From contig NMRA01000506.1 in the NCBI GenBank assembly GCA_002633005.1, forward strand, positions 20,069-84,068: a DNA stretch of 64,000 bases, in the 5' to 3' direction. Positions 39,501 through 50,516 of this stretch are shown here, one piece after another; the stretch's first letter is position 1, and each line of letters begins with the position of its first letter. Made by a program: the position numbers and the translations under genes. A model generated the notes under the pieces. The model saw only the letters and a program-made list of their open reading frames with translations. It did not search any database and was not told the origin of the DNA. The DNA is from Phoronis australis (taxonomy: Eukaryota > Animalia > Phoronida).

Positions 39501-42500
39501 CAATGCAAAAACATTGAATGGTGCACTGTGTCATCCATTTGTGTATGGTAATGCGCAAGGCACACCATACCTTACACACTGCTCAGGACATCTTCTGAGT
39601 ACTTTACTGAACTTTTGAAATGCCACATCACCATGTCGAGGTAAAGCTTTTTCATACTTCTCAGAAGACGCACTTCGACTGAAACGAAACATACTTTAAA
39701 GGAGCACTTCCCAATTACTGCCTTAAAAATACTTAAAGCTGCATTTTGCCCCGTTTAGCTGGCTGAAAAAAGGAAATCGAATTTGGCCTTTTACTCTCAT
39801 AATATCAGTCTCATAATAATCCTTACCATGATACTCAGCAGGATTCAAATTCCATTAACAACCCAGTCACAGGCAATGCGTACCTGCACCACAGAAATAG
39901 CATACTATTATGGTGAGCAATATTACAAGACTGACTTTATGAGAGCAATAGGCTGAATTCATAATTTTCCTAAACCAACTCTAGTCTCAGGCTATGAGTA
40001 CCTGCAATATGGAAACAGAATCCCATAGGTAAGCAATATGATAAGACAAAGCTAAACAAGGCAATATGCAGCTTTACCAACTGATACTCCAAACCTTTCA
40101 AATGGCTGCTACCCTTAAAGTTGGTGGAACCAACTTTGGCAAACAGGATGGCTACATAAAATGCAAAGTAAACCAAACTTTTTGTATGTTATACAATAAT
40201 ATGCATCTCCACGTTAAACCAGGCACAAAAATTTTTGCATTATCTAACAACTGAGAGAAAAAATTAATCATCGTTCCCTGGAAACATCTGATCAGTAGTT
40301 AGCATTAGTAAACTTTGTGTGTCAATACAAACTCACCAACAGTGTTAGTTTTTATGTTGCTCTCCTGATCAACTTGTTGCTGCTGCTATCTATTTACAGT
40401 TCAACCCATAACAGGGTAACCAACTATACTAGTATTACCACAAACTATCCCACAGTGTTTAGGAGAGTCAACGGTCCCATTTAGGTGTTTGGGGTAGTCA
40501 ATATGGTCTTTCAAAATCAAATTGTAGAACACTATTTCTCACATGACCTGGAATGTGTTACGATACGACTGGTTAATTACACCAAGTACGTAATTCTTTT
40601 GACATTACACGCCTTCAAAGATTCAGACATCAAGTGGACATTTTTCAGATAGTTTGAACATACGCCCCAATATTATTGTAACAATAACCGTGACTTAAAC
40701 AATATTCCCACCCAAAAGTACACCCATGGGAACAATCCCAAGTTCCCACCAAGTCGTCACAGACATTAATTCACCCAAAATACACTACAAAATTTGTGGT
40801 GACTTCCAAGCGCATATTCACTTTCATTTGACGTTTTTGAAAGGTCATTTTCCACCCGTGTGCTTACTTTCGGAAACTTTCTGGTAATAGTCTTCAATTG
40901 TACATGGCTATGACTGTTGCCTTACCCTGACACTTCCAAGTCAAACATTGCTTCAAAGTCAACGTTTTCTTTTTTGACATATGCACTAAGTAATCTCTTC
41001 TCATGTAACATATCATCCATGGTGTCGTCAGGTTCTTCAAACACTGACAAATAGTAACCCACAAATGAAACATCCAACAAGTCATGTCCACTGCAAACAT
41101 CTAACTGAGCGGAAGTGTTGAGGTGTTGCATAATAGCCAGGTCACCTACAGATATATCTTCAGGTGTGCAGTCAAGAGGACCATTTGGACTACAACTACT
41201 GGATAATGTTAACTGCTGCAGCTCCCCAGCGACTTCTTTTGGTATACTATCATGTACCTCGCACTGCTGTTTACCACTCACAATCTGAGCACAGGTTTCC
41301 ACCACTGGCTCATGTGTGGTTGTCTCATTGTATGTAGTGTCACCATGGTAACAGTCCCCAACACGTGGCGGAGATTCCCCAGTGCCCCAATCATCCTCAT
41401 CATTACACCAACTGTCACTCTCAAACAAAAGTTCAGAAATGACTTCATGCGTGTTTGAAGAGTAGGATGAGTCAAGCTTTTGAACACGATAGACATACCA
41501 ACTGCAAATGAAAAGGGTAGCCGTTGATCAAAAGCTAAATATATTATTAAACAGTTTCATCAGGATTTCGTGATGAGATTACAGAACAAATTTTTTCTAA
41601 TAATCCAGGAAACTTACTTTAAACAGTAGAGTTTTCGGAAGCCGATGTTGACTGCTTCCTTCCTCAGTGTGATCCTGTGAAGTACTAGGGGTCAAGATGT
41701 GTCATAAGCATGGGTAAAGTTTAAATGCCCAATAATTATTAAACGGAAAATGCAAAAATAATTGATAGTGACAATGACACTAGAAAAACACGAAAGAATC
41801 TCCTGAACAGATAACCCTGATCTCGTTCTTGTTTTTCTGGTGTCACTGTCACTATCAATTATTTTTGCATTTTGCGTTTAGTCATGATTGGGCATTTAAA
41901 CTTCTCAAGCGTTTATGACACCATCTTGACCCCCACAACTTCAAAGGGTCATAACGAAGAAGGAAGCAGTCAACATCGGCTTTCAAAAACTTCTGCCAAT
42001 TAAGGTAAATTTCCTAGATTATTAGAGTTTCTACTGCAGTAATCTATTATTTATTGGCAAGTCACAGATGTAGCTTATTTCCACTAGGTGGAAAGCCATA
42101 TAGCTTTTAATACAGTAGTTTTCAAAATAAACTGAACAGACTTCAATGGAACTATGAAACACTTCTTGCCAGAATTATTTGGCAGAGAGTTGAACTTTTG
42201 TTCCAAAAAATAATGTATTTGTAGAACTAAAAGAGAGTTTAATATGGCACCATGGCACTTAGCTATAGATTTGTTAATTTGTGACTGGACCTGCATGTAA
42301 AGTTGTCGCAATATTGACAAAGCACGGGGGAGCAACATCTATCTGGATTTTGTTGATATTTAGCCAGAATTGAAACAGAGTCTTATCACAACTTAGTTCT
42401 TCGAAATTTTGTCAAAATTGCCAAGTTTATTTTGAAAACTATTACACATAAAATGACTTATCAACAATTTTCACAATACATTTCTAAAGACAGAAGCCCT

Positions 42501-45500
42501 CTGTTTACACAAGATTGTATTGCAAGTCCTACCTCTCAGCAGTATTTCGACATTTTGGGTGAACACAGGCGAAGACGTACAAAATCCTATGATATGGAGA
42601 GTTGTGCAGAGGACAGTAGATCTGGGTAACCAATACAAGAGTCTGTTGACACGTCCTGCAATTGGCAGCAACTGGTGCACAACTCTGAAAGTTCACCTGT
42701 AAAAAACACGATTAGCAAATTATGTACTAACATACTCAAAGGGCAATCGAAGTAGTTAAATGACATCATATCTCTTGGCGAGCAGAGTGTAAAAATGGCC
42801 AGTATCATGTAGATTCTAACAGATATTTGTAAGTTCTGGTAGCACTTAAAATGTATGACTGTTGATCACATGTTACTATGACGTGTACGAACTTTAACAT
42901 GTATTTAGTTTTGTTGCATGTTTTAATTACTTAGAAGTCGTTTGCTTCAGTGCTGATTACGTTGACAGTATAAATCTTTCATCATTTATTTATTTATTTA
43001 TTTATTTATTTAAACTTCTTTAAAAGACTGGGTGACCACTTCAGTGAATACACTGATTTTCAAGTGGGCCCAGTTGGAAATAAGTACATGAAGTAAAATA
43101 CAGAGACATATGTACAGTTAGATTGAAAAGATTAATAAGTAAAATAAATTAGTGAAAAAATTAGTTAATATGTACAATTAGATGAATAAAAAAGATAAAG
43201 GAGGGTAAATAATAAGCTGAGGACTACAATCCCAAACCACGTACAATGTCCCAGTAATTCTGTTTGAAGACATGGACATTGGGCGTGTTCGTAACGGCAG
43301 TCCCCAGCCCATTCACTTGGTACATATGACGTTACTGCCAGTTGCCGATTCGGGCAACCAAACCAAGGAATACAGTCCCAACAGGTGGTATGACGTCACA
43401 TCACTGACGTGGAAGGAATTAAATACATCGACGGCCTGCTCAGGTGTCCCTCTACAGGGATATACCCAGGTTTCAAAACTCCTCTCGCCAGCTGGGTGAG
43501 TGATCCAGAAAATCTACTCACCCAGCTTAAAGGTAGCTCGCCTGGATGTTGCGCGTCGGACACCACATACTTGCTGCCAAGGGTAATAAAAATGATTCTT
43601 ACGTGCATTGTTGTCACCATCTCAGTATTAGGGCTAACATCATTTTTGCACAATGCAGAATTCCAAGAAACTTTCAACATTGATGACTGAGGCCAGCAAC
43701 GCACGACGTAGCCTTGGCGCAGTCTTATTTTAATGTACAGCTTGTGCCGATGTGGGTAAAAAACTGACGAGATAAAATCTGACACAAAAGTAGTGTCGTT
43801 AAAAACTGAACTCTTGCTTGAGAAGACTGAAAATTATTTACCGTGTTTGAAAAAACTGGCGTTCTACCGTTTATTCTGCTGCTAAAATTGCAGCATGATC
43901 TTTTGCGTCAGCTTTCAGCGCCATGAAATATTGCATCACCCACCAGCCCGGCCAGTTTCTTTTTTCGCCAATTCTTCAATCAACTGTTGTTCTTTAACTT
44001 TTACGAGGAGGAGTACACGTCACAACTAACTACCACAATTTGTTTCATTAACTTCATTAACAGTTTTTAATGCCAGCAAACTGAATTTCAGAACAAATTT
44101 TGCTGTTGCGAAGCTGTCGTCATCTCCCATGAGAAGTCGCAAAACTTGAGGAAGTGGCACCCAAGACAATAGCACGTGCACCAGTCGTGCACAAGTCATG
44201 CCTCATGTGTGGACTAGAACAGTTTTCAAGGGGTGTCATGCCAGTGGCCACACCGAGAAATGCTGTGCTGTACTGTGCTGCTAAATCATATGGCTGGACC
44301 AAAATACGGAAAAAATCTTTACATCTGGAAATCTTATGGCTACATTAAATAGATTCAATGCCATCAATCTAGTTAAAAATTTTATATTACTTTGGTAGTA
44401 AATATAATAAGGACAATCATTGTAATTACGTTCTCAACCATTATTATATATTAAAAAATCTTGGCTAAAATTACACTGCAAAATAAGGTGTCAATTCCAA
44501 GAAATATGTTTTTTTTTCACTCGCTGTGAGCACAATGGACCTGTCTCCGCCTTCCCCCTTTTTCTTCTTTTCGGACTAGTCCATAAATTCCTTGGTGCAA
44601 GACCTCCTGTGACCTTTTGTCTACACAAATCGCAAAACTGACTCAGTAGGAGCACACTGTGTCGATGTTTTTACTACTGCAGCATCGAGACGCGAGCCAA
44701 AATTTACCTTAAATTCAAGATAAAAACTGCACAGGGAAGAGAAAATTTATTAGTTTTCACCTTGGAAACAATTGAGTTTTTATTTTGCGCTCTGAAAATG
44801 TGCTCACCACCCAGGCAACCGGCAAGTGAACTTTTACTCGCTCAACGCCATTTTTAATCGCATTGGTATATATCTCTGCTCTATGCACAAAAGGTATTAA
44901 TAGTAACGTGACTTCGATGTTTTATAATAAGTGTGAGAATTCGCCAAAAATCTTCCGTCGTATCAGTGAAGCCCCTGTTGTAGATGTGCTTCCTGTGAAT
45001 CACATATGAGCCTCTGTTAGCTACTCGCTAACGGGCAATTGCCTGTTAGCTGAATAGTTAGCACGCTTGCCGGTTTTACAGGGGTCGCTGGTTTGATTCC
45101 CGGGTCAGGTAATCTCAGCTATTACTACAAATGGCGTAATCGGCAAACGGATATGATATACTGATGAAGCACTGCCAACAAGTACCAGCGGACCTCGAGA
45201 CGGCGCGCATGGAAGGTTCCAGGAGTCAAGGACCTCTATGAGAGACTACCTTGTGTTCACCTGAGTTCTGGTGGTAAAGGTACCAATGACCTGTATGCGA
45301 GACATCCTGGTGTTCACCTTCCTGGTGGCGTTCCTGTTCCGTAGGAAAGGGGGGAATGTTGTAGATGTGCTTCCGGTGAATCATATATGAGCCTCTCAAC
45401 GGGCAATTGCCTATTGGCTGAGCCTGAATGGTTAGCACGCTTGCCGGTTTTAAACTTTTATGGGGTCGCTGGTTCGATCCCCGGTCAGGATTAGGTCACA

Positions 45501-45795
45501 TGGGCAGCGCAACACTGAAAAAATGGGGGGCTATAGCCCCTCCCTCCCCCCTCACCGCCTCTACTGGGTAAGCTAGAGACGGTGACCAATGAATGTCTAG
45601 ACTAGACATACCGACACATGAATGATAGACACCCAGGTTAAAACATTCACAACGCTGAAACGTGTTAGACCTAATTGTTCGGGATTATAATGTAGTAAGC
45701 AAATCTACCTGTTTTCCCCCAATTTTACTGATTTCAGGAGAAAGTTCCAAAAGGGCCTTCGTTTCCTCGTCAGGAATGCCAATTAATGTTGTCAT
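36508..45795 (-). CDS. PDCD2L: Programmed cell death protein 2-like, ~402 aa, 6 exons
   Basis: Exons 45795-45709 (MTTLIGIPD..SKIGGKQ), 42696-42533 (CRTC..QIYCPLHNSPYHRILYVFAC), 41501-40926 (WCNDEDDWG), 39678-39571 (EKYEK..GDVAFQKF..CPEQCVR), 38628-38483 (YHWDGSPL..CQSCGSERVYELQLMPALV) and 36635-36508 (EFGTVLVYSCRQSCW..*). All GT-AG with consistent phases; no MYND finger. Confidence 0.95.
38711..38782. repeat. 23-bp tandem repeat x3
   Basis: GCAAGGGTAAAGCAGACGTATCA repeated three times. Confidence 0.85.
39021..39352. repeat. ~49-bp minisatellite x7 in a PDCD2L intron
   Basis: Units of GACAAGCCAACTTGAAGACCTGGTCTCCAGCAATAACATGACACGCCGT. Confidence 0.9.
41576..42045. mobile_element. Foldback/MITE-like palindrome with ~200-bp arms in PDCD2L intron 2
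   Basis: 41597-41790 is an imperfect reverse complement of 41830-42025 (e.g. AGCCGATGTTGACTGCTTCCTTC / GAAGGAAGCAGTCAACATCGGCT), with a ~40-bp spacer. Confidence 0.8.
42984..43200 (-). mobile_element. Probable LINE/SINE 3' end
   Basis: (TTTA)n tail followed by CACTGATTTTCAAGTGGGCCCAG and an AT-rich UTR-like stretch. Confidence 0.35.
44976..45489 (+). mobile_element. Miniature non-autonomous LTR retrotransposon (TRIM) with tRNA-like sequence in its LTRs
   Basis: 5' LTR 44976-45129 (TGTTGT...ACTACA); PBS TGGCGTAATCGGCA at 45132; PPT AGGAAAGGGGGGAA at 45343-45356; 3' LTR from 45357, truncated near 45489. A and B boxes are present in both LTRs. Confidence 0.8.
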
Positions 45796-46494
45796 TTTGT
45801 GGTTTCAGAGGAGAACTTGTATCAGAAAGCAGAAAGTCGAAAACGTGCCGAGAAGTACGTCATCGTTTCGTGCGTGGTTTTACAATATATAGGTCATTGC
45901 ACACTTCCTGGTTTGGCGTGAGACTGTAAATAAAGTCAATTAAAATGATTTTGATTGTTTAAGTTTCAGCATTTTTAATTTGAAGGAATTGGAATGGCTA
46001 GTGGTTCAAAAAAGAAAGCGTGAGTATATTAAGTGATCTTTTAGTTTCGGCACTACTGTATTAGTTGGTATCTTACGCCATAAGTACACGCCGACTCAAT
46101 GAGATTCTGTTCAAAACATTTCAACAATTCAGTTGCGCAATTGATCTTCCAGCAACCTAACCTGGGTAGAGTTCCATAGTGAAAATCACCTTGTTCCAAG
46201 TTTCAAACTTGGTACCTTTTGCTTCAGTCCGAGGTGTCCTATACATTTACCCCCTCGCCTCCTTACATCCGCCTCTCTCAACCATGTATGGCACCATACA
46301 TGACAACTAATACTAACGGTCGTCAGCCATCATGGGACCATAAAATTAAGGAGACTGTGTGCTTCCTCTGTATCCATACCGTTGTTGGGTGCCAGTATAG
46401 TGAATAATCAAATTGTTTCAAGGTTCAAAGCCAGGCATCCTAAGTAGACCACCAAAGGCAATTAAAGAGCAACTGTCCTAAAGGGAGTGACTAA

Positions 46495-46679
46495 AGGAGA
46501 ATACCACCCGATTTAATTAGTCTTTTTTACCATCTTAATCGGTCTATATCCACATCACCTTGTATACGGTCAACAACCACACTTCTTAATCATACTATGG
46601 TTAGAAAAGTTTATTTGTCATCCAGTTTGTAAAGTACTAGTAGCCAAGTTAAACGGCACTGGTGCAATTTTGGCATACA
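46495..46679 (+). mobile_element. Truncated extra Kolobok left end
   Basis: CTAA|AGGAGAATACCACCCGATTTAAT matches the terminus at 46684; its distal part matches 2817-2930 and 26693-26810 in reverse. Confidence 0.6.
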
Positions 46680-46683
46680 TTAA

Positions 46684-48573
46684 AAGAGAATTCCACCCGA
46701 TTTAATTTGCCTTTTTTACCGTCTTGATCGGTCTATATCCTCATCAACACGTATACGATCGATCTTACCTCGCTGAGAGGTGTCGCGTTAACCTGTGAGG
46801 AAGGTACTGAGAAACGACGTAGCAACATCAGTGGTTGTTCTGCAGAGTGCCGCTATGGTGTTGTGTATCGTTCCTGCTTGTGCGAACAATTTAGCTGCGA
46901 GGAAAGTGGGTATATCATTTTTTCGATTTCCTCGAGAGCCCATAATGCTTCGGAAGTGGCTCGTGATAGTGAAGAATGAAACGTACGCCATTAATACCAA
47001 ATATGAGGCCGTGAAACTTTGCCATGTCTGCCAGTGGCCTGCAATCGTCGGATCAGTTGTTGATCAGTTTTTGATCATGGAGAATTGTAATTATAGCCAT
47101 GAAAACATAAACTATTACAATTAATTCAAGGCTTGAGAACATAACGTTTTATATAATGTGTTTGATGACTGACTCGTTCGTCAGGCTTCTGTTTGGTCCT
47201 CCAGGTGTAGGATGATTTGCCACTTCTTTTTCTCAGCCCTAAAAAACGTCGTAAGCACACTTCTGTTTAGATGTGGTGCAAAATCAGGATGGTTGTGAGA
47301 CACATCTGCGGTTCTTCAAGCAGGCGTTTCACTTGCGGAATTTCATGGCAGCAAACGCATCATTTGTTCGCATTATCATGCAGTTAGCTTACTGACACCA
47401 TGACAAGTCATTCAAAAGGTTTTCGGAACTATCCAAGTGTTGCGTTGTCTGTACACGTTCGCGGAGCCTCTCTATTATTTCTTGATCAGTGTATTCCAGT
47501 TCGAACTGATAGCCTGTGAAACCTAATGATTGACCTATGAAGTCTTCGTCCGATGACCACTCGTCTAAATCTGGGATTGCGAGTTGCCAGGTTGACGTTT
47601 ATTATTGTTAGTTCTGTTTCAAAATGAATTATTCTCACCCTAACCATTGCTTATATCAAACTGAAACAAAGTCTGTATCATTAGATACAATTTGTAATGC
47701 CTTGGAGTGTTCATGAGTGCAAATGTTTTGAGAAGCCAGTAATGAATAAATCACTGCATTACCGGCTTTGTTGATGCAATAAACTAATTGACCTGGCTCC
47801 GAGGCTGTGTGAGCGCATGCTAATTCAGTGTTTGCTGACAGAAAGCTGTCGAATCATTGTTACTGTACAAGTTTTGCCCTGATGGTTCTGTAGATGGGTA
47901 ACCTGACTTTGTGACCCTCAACGAGCTAGTAAGTAGATTTGAAGTTTCGCGGCTAATTCACCAAAATAACCACGTGCACATTTTTTCTTTGGCTCACTAA
48001 TATAGTGTTTTCGTGACTGGAAGTTTAGTTTTTCCAACTTTGGATGGTTATGTTCGTGATGTCTTCAGTCCGGCCGCGATGGGTCTGATTGGGTTCCGAG
48101 CCATTGGCCGGGATAGCAAGCGTTTTGTGTGTTTAGAACTGAAAAAATCGCAAGTCTAAAATTACAACACATAGCTATGTTTTCCTGTCTGTATTTCACA
48201 GACGAATCATTTGAGTTTATCACTGAAACTCCCGCGACCACAGACCTTGGTAACTTGGCCTACCGAACTTTGTAGGCTACGGTACATTCAAATACCTAAA
48301 AATCTGTAACAGCGAAATAACACGTTTGTTCAATAACATCAAATTTTGATGATTTATTGGTGTAAAACGAGGAATTCAAGTGGTAAGCTGACACCAGTAA
48401 GCCTATTGTGAATTTGTGAACAGACTGCATTCGAACCTCTGGCGTCATTGATTAATTTCAACACCTCCGTCTGCCATCAGATGTCAAGTAAAAGAGCTGT
48501 ACTTGCTGTTATCGAGTGGAACTACTCGATCTAAACTGATGCAAACTAGGTTGTTTTTGGGTGGCATTCTCCC
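46684..48573 (+). mobile_element. Decayed Kolobok(P)-type DNA transposon with convergent THAP (+) and P2X7-ballast-like (-) relics
   Basis: TTAA at 46680-46683 and 48574-48577; TIR AAGAGAATTCCACCC / GGGAGAATGCCACCC. THAP from 46855 (CIVPAC..SFFRFP..KW..KLCH). On -, 47580-47220 reads GYQFE..SWCQ*ANC.M..CVCCHEI..CLT.HPDF..LNRSVL with one stop and frameshifts. Confidence 0.8.
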
Positions 48574-50516
48574 TTAAGAGAGACCTTTATATTACTGCAC
48601 TCATTGCAGATTCGCCATTGTTCAAAAGCTGTAACTCGAGGAGAAAAATTAAGACAACATGCTCTCGTTGAAAATATACGTTAATACTTCGCGGAATCTT
48701 GCAAGATGAACACCTGCTTGTTTTTTAATTTTGCGGCTAGGTACTCGAAAGTAGTGGTCTCGGCAGTATAAACAATAGCAACTCCATGTTTGTACAGTGT
48801 GTTAGCAATATCAGATAAAGCTAATTTTCCACATGTGATGTCATAAATAATTACACATTTTATGAACTGCATCCTTAAGAATAGAAATAAATCATATTCT
48901 TTAAGCACTAAAAATCTGTAAGCAGGGAATATAAGAATATGTAAACATTTTTTGGTCTATTTGTGGCCTGGGGCAGTGTTATTATACTTACTGAAAACCC
49001 AGAAGCGGACTGATCAAGATCTTAAAACAATACATTAAAGTTTGGTTCCCTAACGAAATCTTATACATGGTGTGATGGAAAAGTTAAAATTTTGATCAAA
49101 ATTTTGCCGTGTGTATTGTCGTGTATGTTGCATTAGTGTTCACATCACAATGTCCTGTAAAGTAATGAAATTGTTTACTTTGGTTGGCTAATATTTTTTT
49201 AAGTACTTAAAGATATTAGTAGTAGGAAACTATTATCTGCAGGGACTTTGGATGAGTTGCTTTTTAATGGAAAATAAGTAATTAATAGATATTTTGTTGT
49301 ATTTATTTTTTAAGGTAAATAAAGTAAAATTCTTATTTGCCAGTGTCTATTGTTGATGCTTTAAGTTGAAAAAGACAAGGAGTTTGTCTTAACATTTTGT
49401 TGGTTTATCTTTGTTAAAAGATATATTTGTTCCTTGACCCCCGTAATACCATGTCCTCTCATGCAGATCATGTCCTCCCATACAGATCATTTTCAGTTTA
49501 TATTCAACAGAACTAGGTCAGAAGAGATGCGGTATCAATTGATTACAGGGATATATCACACCACAAGAAACCGAAATATAGTCATGTGAGGGGTAGTATT
49601 TGACACGTGGTTTTATACCGGACCTGATACATGCAATATGCCACTTTCAGTTCCGTAATCAAATCTTCCGCACTGGTGAGCGAATGTTGGTATTTAACAA
49701 ATCCAAAGTATAATGCTCTCATGGTAGAGAAATAAATTCTTCTTTCTGACAATGTGCATATTTCATACAATTAACCAAAAATCCATAGATATTTTGTGTG
49801 ATGTCACTATTCATGTGGTATAATAGCATGTTTTACTTGTCGTCTGCTCACTAACNNNNNNNNNNNNNNNNNNNNNNNNNNNNNNNNNNNNNNNNNNNNN
49901 NNNNNNNNNNNNNNNNNNNNNNNNNNNNNNNNNNNNNNNNNNNNNNNNNNNNNNNNNNNNNNNNNNNNNNNNNNNNNNNNNNNNNNNNNNNNNNNNNNNN
50001 NNNNNNNNNNNNNNNNNNNNNNNNNNNNNNNNNNNNNNNNNNNNNNNNNNNNNNNNNNNNNNNNNNNNNNNNNNNNNNNNNNNNNNNNNNNNNNNNNNNN
50101 NNNNNNNNNNNNNNNNNNNNNNNNNNNNNNNNNNNNNNNNNNNNNNNNNNNNNNNNNNNNNNNNNNNNNNNNNNNNNNNNNNNNNNNNNNNNNNNNNNNN
50201 NNNNNNNNNNNNNNNNNNNNNNNNNNNNNNNNNNNNNNNNNNNNNNNNNNNNNNNNNNNNNNNNNNNNNNNNNNNNNNNNNNNNNNNNNNNNNNNNNNNN
50301 NNNNNNNNNNNNNNNNNNNNNNNNNNNNNNNNNNNNNNNNNNNNNNNNNNNNNNNNNNNNNNNNNNNNNNNNNNNNNNNNNNNNNNNNNNNNNNNNNNNN
50401 NNNNNNNNNNNNNNNNNNNNNNNNNNNNNNNNNNNNNNNNNNNNNNNNNNNNNNNNNNNNNNNNNNNNNNNNNNNNNNNNNNNNNNNNNNNNNNNNNNNN
50501 NNNNNNNNNNNNNNNN

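Noticed and set aside
45041-45110. Genuine tRNA gene
   Set aside because: The anticodon arm is degenerate, there is no oligo-T terminator, and the unit is duplicated as part of LTRs; treated as tRNA-derived.
7835-45795. bZIP + caspase + PDCD2L as a functional 'apoptosis cluster'
   Set aside because: PDCD2L is mainly a ribosomal-protein chaperone despite its name, and adjacency alone is not evidence without conserved synteny or co-expression.
49807-50516. Long ORFs running through X residues
   Set aside because: Their length comes from the N gap; only the part above 50516 is informative.
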